DNA of 63,641 bases, filler included, from Thraustochytrium aureum (Eukaryota): the NCBI GenBank assembly GCA_012862495.1. It is 5 parts of 3 records of this genome, joined end to end, with 100 filler letters (N's around TTAATTAATTAA, not from the genome) between each part and the next. Parts side by side here need not be neighbours in the genome. Positions count along the whole stretch, not along the records: positions 57,734 to 63,641 come from BLSG01000129.1; 4 more parts are not named here. One strand, 5' to 3'. Below the pieces are notes generated by a model, which was not told where the DNA came from, searched no databases, and saw only the letters and a program-made list of their open reading frames with translations. Positions 57,835-63,641 of this stretch are shown piece by piece (positions within the stretch are counted from its first letter, which is position 1; every line of letters starts with the position of its first letter). Both the position numbers and the translations under genes were made by a program.

Positions 57835-60800
57835 ATGGCCGGCCGCCGGCTCGTGACGGCCGTCGAGGAGCTCGATGTCGAAGAGCTGCGCGCCGCGCTG
57901 GTTGCCGAGCCGATCGCCGCGCGCCGCCCCGCAGGCGCGAACGGCTTTCCAGTGCTGCACCGCGCAGCGTGCGGCGCGAACGACCACAAAGGCGCCCAAG
58001 TGGCAGCCCTTCTCCTCGACGCTGGCGTTGACGCACTCGAACGCGACGCGCTGGGCTGGACAGCACTGCACTGGGCCTGCGCCTCTGGCAATGCGGCCGT
58101 GGCGGCCGCGCTGATTAGGGCCGGTGTCGACGCGGACTGCCGCACGAACGACGGGCGGACGTGCGTAGACCTCGCTGTGGAGGCTGAGAGCAGCGACGTT
58201 GCCCAGCTCTTGTTTGCCTTATCGCCAAAGTCGTTTTCGAGCTTGCGGGCAATCCTCCTCGGCGCCCGCTCCCGCCTCGTGGCGCGCGTTCAGCTGCGCA
58301 GCGGCCCCGTCCTCGGCAGAGTGGGCCCAAGCACCAAGCGCGAGACGGAGAGATTCGTGGCCCTCTGCCCACTGCTCGAGGCCATCCTTGTCTGGCGTCA
58401 GCCTGTCTCGCTCCAGGATGGCAAGGATGGCCTTGTGAGCGTCATTCCGCTTCGCGGGATCGTCGCGGTCCGCCGCGTCCGACGAGGGCAGACCAACGCA
58501 CAAGTCTGGGGTTTTCCAAAGAAATCCCGCACCGCCACGCGCGGGTACCGTCGATATCCCACCAGGCAGAGCCAGCGATTGTCCTCACCGGCTCAAACGC
58601 AAGAGACCTCGACGACTTTTACCTCGCTGCTCGCAAATCCGCGCTTTCAGCGCGCACTGCGGCGGCCGCGTGCTTGCAGGCTCTTGCACGCGGCCGGCAG
58701 GCTCAAGTGCGGGCACATCGGCTGAAGGACAGGTTTAGGGTCGCCAACGAGGCCGTGCGCGGCACAGCCCAAAACGAGGGACGGGTAAGCGCAAGTACAA
58801 TGCCTTGCCGAGCCACTTCTGCGCCGACGTCGCCCGCCCCACCTGCCGCAGCGACGCGGCGCTCCAAGCTCAAGCGCATGATCACGTTTGGGGGCTCCTC
58901 GAGCCAGCACTCCTCCGCACGAGCCGCCACGCAACTCGTGGACGAGCAGCGCAGATCTTTGGCCGGCAGCATGTCCGCGTTCCGGGTTGATTCGCGTTTG
59001 CGCTCGTTGAGCGGCCTGCTGCGCGTGCGAAAGCAAACTGGCGTTTTGCGCTATTGGAGCAAGCCGCGCTTTGTCGAGGCGAACCGAGACTGGGGAATGC
59101 TCGTTGTTGGCCAAGGCTCGAAACCGGTTCTGCCAGGTGCTGCTTCTCGGCGCCAGATCGACTTTACCAAGCTGGTTGCCGCCAAATTATGCAGCAACTC
59201 GCGCACCAGCGCCAGCGGCGGCAACAACAGCGACAGCGCGAGGACCAGCAGCAACACCACCAGCACCAGCACCGACAGCAACAACTGCGGGTCTCGCTTT
59301 GTGGTGCGGACCACCGACCCCTCGGCAGACGTTTATTTTTTGGCCGCGTCGCACGAGGAGGCCATCAAGTGGATTTCCTTTCTGGCTGCAGTTCTGCCGC
59401 GCGAAAACGTCGCAGCACTCGCGATTCAGTGCCGCGTGCGCGCCTTCCTTGCGCGTAGGCGAGTGGGGCCGCTTCTGCATTCTGCGGCTGCGCCATTGGA
59501 AGGCAGAACTATGCCCCCGCCGGGTGGCGGCGGTGATGCGGATACAAGCCCCAGGCCTGGGTTGGCCCCGGCGTCTACGGGGGCGCACAACCCCACCTCT
59601 GAAAATGGAGTCGAAGAAGGCGGCAAAATGGTCGGCCGATCAACGACACGGGTGCCTGAGGAGGAGGACGTCTGGGTGAGCGCGATGGACCCGCGTTCCA
59701 ACAAGACCTACTTTTACAACCCGGCGCTGCGCCGCTCGACGTGGACGCCGCCCGAGTGGGTCCGATCGTACGACAAAGCGCACGAGCGCCACTACTTCTT
59801 CAACACTATTACGAACGAGTCCTCGTGGACGCTGCCCGAGGCGTGCAGTGCGAGCAGGTCTGTCCCTGCCAGCCCTGACGCGGCGGCCAAATGTTGGCCC
59901 CACGACCTCGTTATCCAGCACGTCAACTTGCTGCTCAAGACATCTCACGATGCTGGCTCGCTCGTCCCCGCCATTCAGCAGGGCGCGCTGCTTTGCCGGC
60001 TCCTTGCTGCCGTCGCGCCGGCTGGAATCGACGTCCGTGCTGTTCGCCACTTGACCGAGTGCCCTGCTGAGCGAGCGGGGAACCACAGGCTGTATCTCCA
60101 CTCGTTGCTCGCAGCTGGCGGCCAACTCGCCGAAGGGGTGGACGATCCGTGGCTTCTCGCACAAGCAGGACTTGAGCTCCACAATGTGCGAATGCTGCAA
60201 GCCGGTGACGAGCTTTTGCGCGGGGGCGCTGACAAGTCGCTCGCCCCTCTTGTTGCGGTGGGCAAAGCTGCAGACAATGGCGAGCCCGCACCGCGGAGCC
60301 AGTTTTTGGCTGCTCTTGAGGAGGGCCTCGGCCTCGAAAGGCAGGCCGGACCGCGAGCCGCACGAGCCGCGGCTGCGTTTCGCGCCGACGGGCGCCGGCT
60401 TTATCCATGCGACGAGCGCGTTCTGCAAGCCGCCGCCGATGGGGACTCGGCGCTGCAGGTCGCAGTCTGCGCGTGGGCCTTGGAGGGAGCGACCGCGACG
60501 GCGCAGGCTGGCGCAGGCTTAGGCTTAGGCTTGGCCACCGAACCGGACGGCGATCCCGAGGAAGACGACCGCACGCTGTGCGCATGGGTCTCGCAGCAGC
60601 TTGCCAAGTGGCACCTCGGCGACCGGAAAACGTACTCGCACCTCGCCCTGGACGCCCCCCAAAAGGTGCGCGCGTTGGCGCAGTGCAGGCACGCCACCTT
60701 GTTGGCCATTGTGGCCGGCTGTGGCATGGGCATTGAGGACGCTTCTCAATGCGGTGTCGGCAGCGGCGGAAGCCGACCACGACGGAGTTCGGAGGCTAGC

Positions 60801-61289
60801 CCGTCTGCGCTCGGTGGGGCGCTTCGAGCGGCTCTGCAGTCGCTGCACATGTTTCCAGTGGCAGTCCCAAGCGAGGACGAGCTCGAGGCATTGCAGGTTT
60901 CGACGACGCGCTGCGTCGTTCGCGGGCTTGTTCTCTACGAGGCGATGCTTGCCGCGGCTGGAGCGTTGCGCTTGCCGGTCGCTGCGCTCGACGAAGAGCT
61001 CTGGGCTTGGGCCCACAAAGTGTCGGGCTGCAACACTTCCGCGACCGCTGGTTCTGTCGGCCTCGTTGAGCTACTCGTAATCGTTGACGGGTGTTCCAAA
61101 GCGGGGACGGTGGAGTGGGGCATTGTCGGCGCACGCGCCGCAGAGGAGAACGCGCGGTACTTTGTTTCTCTAGCGCGCTTTATCGGGTGCCAAATGTACA
61201 TGCCAGTGTCGCTCCTTGCTAGAGACGAGCCCTCAGCGGTCCGCCTTGCGCTCTGCGCCCTGGCCACGGCTCTGGGCCGCAAACGCTGA
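57835..61289 (+). CDS. Multidomain cytoskeletal/signalling protein: ankyrin repeats, PH-like, IQ, PH, IQ, WW, WW and degenerate fimbrin-like CH domains (one frameshift at ~58470-58560)
   Basis: GWTALHWACASGN; CLQALARG; SGLLRVRK…YFLAASHEEAIKWI; IQCRVRAFLARRR; two WW (W…TYFYN…STWTPP and W…YFFNT…SSWTLP); GALLCRLL…IDVRAV; ENARYFVSLARFIG. Confidence 0.75.
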
Positions 61290-62553
61290 CACCGACGCCG
61301 CTCCGCGATGTACGTAGGTACTTGGGCAGGCAGGCGCGCGGCCCGCGACAAAACGGGGGAGCGCGACGCGGGCAAACGAGCAACAGAGAAGAAAAAATCA
61401 TTCTTGCATTGACAACGCACCGCACGCTCGACGAGACACACACGCACGCACCANNNNNNNNNNNNNNNNNNNNNNNNNNNNNNNNNNNNNNNNNNNNNNN
61501 NNNNNNNNNNNNNNNNNNNNNNNNNNNNNNNNNNNNNNNNNNNNNNNNNNNNNNNNNNNNNNNNNNNNNNNNNNNNNNNNNNNNNNNNNNNNNNNNNNNN
61601 NNNNNNNNNNNNNNNNNNNNNNNNNNNNNNNNNNNNNNNNNNNNNNNNNNNNNNNNNNNNNNNNNNNNNNNNNNNNNNNNNNNNNNNNNNNNNNNNNNNN
61701 NNNNNNNNNNNNNNNNNNNNNNNNNNNNNNNNNNNNNNNNNNNNNNNNNNNNNNNNNNNNNNNNNNNNNNNNNNNNNNNNNNNNNNNNNNNNNNNNNNNN
61801 NNNNNNNNNNNNNNNNNNNNNNNNNNNNNNNNNNNNNNNNNNNNNNNNNNNNNNNNNNNNNNNNNNNNNNNNNNNNNNNNNNNNNNNNNNNNNNNNNNNN
61901 NNNNNNNNNNNNNNNNNNNNNNNNNNNNNNNNNNNNNNNNNNNNNNNNNNNNNNNNNNNNNNNNNNNNNNNNNNNNNNNNNNNNNNNNNNNNNNNNNNNN
62001 NNNNNNNNNNNNNNNNNNNNNNNNNNNNNNNNNNNNNNNNNNNNNNNNNNNNNNNNNNNNNNNNNNNNNNNNNNNNNNNNNNNNNNNNNNNNNNNNNNNN
62101 NNNNNNNNNNNNNNNNNNNNNNNNNNNNNNNNNNNNNNNNNNNNNNNNNNNNNNNNNNNNNNNNNNNNNNNNNNNNNNGAACAGCGTCCCGCTCGGGCGG
62201 CGCACCTTGGCCATAGGCCGCCAGCCTCCCTGCGCGGGGGAAAAACCCGGCCGCCGCGCCCTCACAGCGCGCTCTGAGGGAACGGAGAACTGCCGCCGCG
62301 CCCTCACACCCCGCCAACGAACGCCTGTCTCCTCACCCGCCACCGCACACCAACGCCCCACTGCCAGCGCCCTCCCTCTCCCTCTCCCTCCCTCCCGCGA
62401 AGACCGCTTTTTCCCGCCCTCCGCCTTCTTCAAGTTCGCCCTGTCCACGTTCCACCCACGCGCTCTGCCTTGGTTGGCAAAAGCACCTCCCTCCCTCCCT
62501 CACTGGCAGGCTCCAAAAGAACCCAAAAAACCCAAACGAATTGCCGCGCCCCC

Positions 62554-62675
62554 TGCATTATTCTGCATCATTCTGCATCATTCTGCTAAGTTATTCTGCT
62601 GAGTTATTCTGCCAAGTTATTCTGATTGCCATTCTGCGTGCATTATTCTGCTTTGCTCTGCTTTGCTCTGTTCTG
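62554..62675 (+). repeat. Degenerate ~10-bp repeat (ATTATTCTGC-like)
   Basis: ttattctgc/tcattctgc recurs about eight times. Confidence 0.75.
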
Positions 62676-62979
62676 AATTCCCGAGCCGCTTCGAGAGGGC
62701 GGCAGAACGATCGAGAGGCGAGCGGCGCTTTTCAAAATTCAAATCCGACCCAGCCCAGCAGCGCCAATTTTCCTCCGCTCGCAACCTCCCGAGGGGGGAC
62801 ACACATGCGTGACGACCAGGCTTTTCTCAGGGCGCCAAGGTGCGCGCTCGCNNNNNNNNNNNNNNNNNNNNGACTCGCAAAAAAACAAAGCGGAGTGCTC
62901 ACTCGGTGGTCGCAGCCAACTTGGTCACTTGCCCAGCTCTCCTCTACGATTTGCAGGAGCGCTGCGACTCGATCGTGGT

Positions 62980-63093
62980 GCGCGCGATACTTCGGCCATG
63001 CCAGGCGGCCCCGCAGCGCGCTTTGGGCGCAACTGCGAGACTACTGTGTTTTCCCGCCTGGCGGCTTCATTAGTGTGCTCGAACGTCGCGCGC
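62980..63093 (-). promoter_or_regulatory. Putative SECIS element in the selenoprotein 3'UTR
   Basis: Minus strand reads GCGCGCGA…AUGAA-GCC-GCCAGGCGG-G-AAAA…CCGCCUGGC-AU-GGC-CGAA-gua-UCGCGCGC. This gives helix I, an AUGA/GA core, a 12-bp helix II and unpaired AAAA. Confidence 0.8.
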
Positions 63094-63142
63094 TTGCGCG
63101 GCGCCGCGAAGAATTCCGATACCCTATATTTATTCTTGACCG

Positions 63143-63640
63143 TCACGCGAGCCTCGCCAGCACGGCCTTGGCGAGCTCGTCAAAGTCCAGCTCACGGAGC
63201 CGGGTGAACGGCCGCGCCATGCCGACCAGCGAGACAAGGACATCACCGTTGACCTTGACCTCAAAAGTCCCCTTGCGTGGCCTCTCACCTTGGGGGTTTA
63301 CTTGCACGCGAGGGGCGCCCTCGCCCCCGCCCAGAGCTGCCAAGAGCGCGTCCTCCAGTTTCTTCGCGGAGCGCTTGAACACCCCTCACGACTTGCAGGC
63401 CTCGACCTCGACGGCGGGAGCGTCGGCGGCGGGCTTGTCCTCGGTCTTGGCGGGCTCGTCGGCGGTAGCTTCCTCCTCCTCGCCTTCCTTCTTCTCCTCC
63501 TCCTTCTTCTCTTCCTCAGCGGCGGCCTTGTCGGCCTTCTTGCCCTTCTTTGCGGCCGGGGCCTTCTTGGCAGCGGCGGGCTTCTTGGCGGCGGCGGGCT
63601 TCTTGGCGGCGGGGGCCTTTTTGGCGGGCTTGTCGGCCTT
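63143..63640 (-). CDS. SELENOH: Selenoprotein H-like (Rdx family, CxxU) with Lys/Ala/Pro-rich N-terminus; TGA at 63386-63388 read as Sec; 5' truncated
   Basis: Continuous frame …AKKPAAAKKAPAAKKGKK…AVEVEACKS-TGA-GVFKRSAKKL…VQVNPQGERPRKGTFEVKV. Both sides of the TGA fit the SelH pattern (IEHCxxU…NPxKPRRGSFEV), and a SECIS lies downstream. Confidence 0.88.
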
Positions 63641-63641
63641 C

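Noticed and set aside
4368..58560. Programmed ribosomal frameshifting or mass pseudogenisation (ZIP, TBC, TPC, coiled-coil, MPI, phosphatase, Ank-WW genes)
   Set aside because: The shifts go in different directions and share no slippery motif. Some are in homopolymers or compensate each other (TPC), and they hit housekeeping genes in a gap-ridden draft. Sequencing error is the simplest explanation, testable with reads.

Overview
GC-rich, essentially intron-free eukaryotic DNA. Gene content and style suggest a heterotrophic stramenopile such as a thraustochytrid/labyrinthulomycete, but this is inference only. The draft assembly has many N-gaps, about 8 apparent single-base frameshifts, and four artificial TTAATTAATTAA linkers, so the window is five concatenated scaffolds. 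Recognisable genes: a VASt lipid-transfer protein (partial), PUS1/TruA pseudouridine synthase, LIV-1-type ZIP metal transporter, CBA1/BtuF-like B12/iron-binding surface protein, CRAL-TRIO protein, prominin-like 5-TM protein, 1-Cys peroxiredoxin, CHASE-domain hybrid histidine kinase with two receivers, sphingosine-1-phosphate lyase, TBC Rab-GAP, three class C (Venus-flytrap) GPCR paralogues, a two-pore channel, glutamine-dependent NAD synthetase, cytochrome b561, mannose-6-phosphate isomerase, an F-box/WD40 protein, a PTP/DSP phosphatase and an Ank-PH-IQ-WW-fimbrin-like multidomain protein. The best hidden signal is at the right edge: a SelH/Rdx-family selenoprotein missed by the ORF track. It has an in-frame TGA in a CxxU motif, a histone-H1-like N-terminus, and a 3'UTR SECIS-like hairpin with an unusually long apical stem. 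An AATAAA lies between the stop codon and the SECIS.
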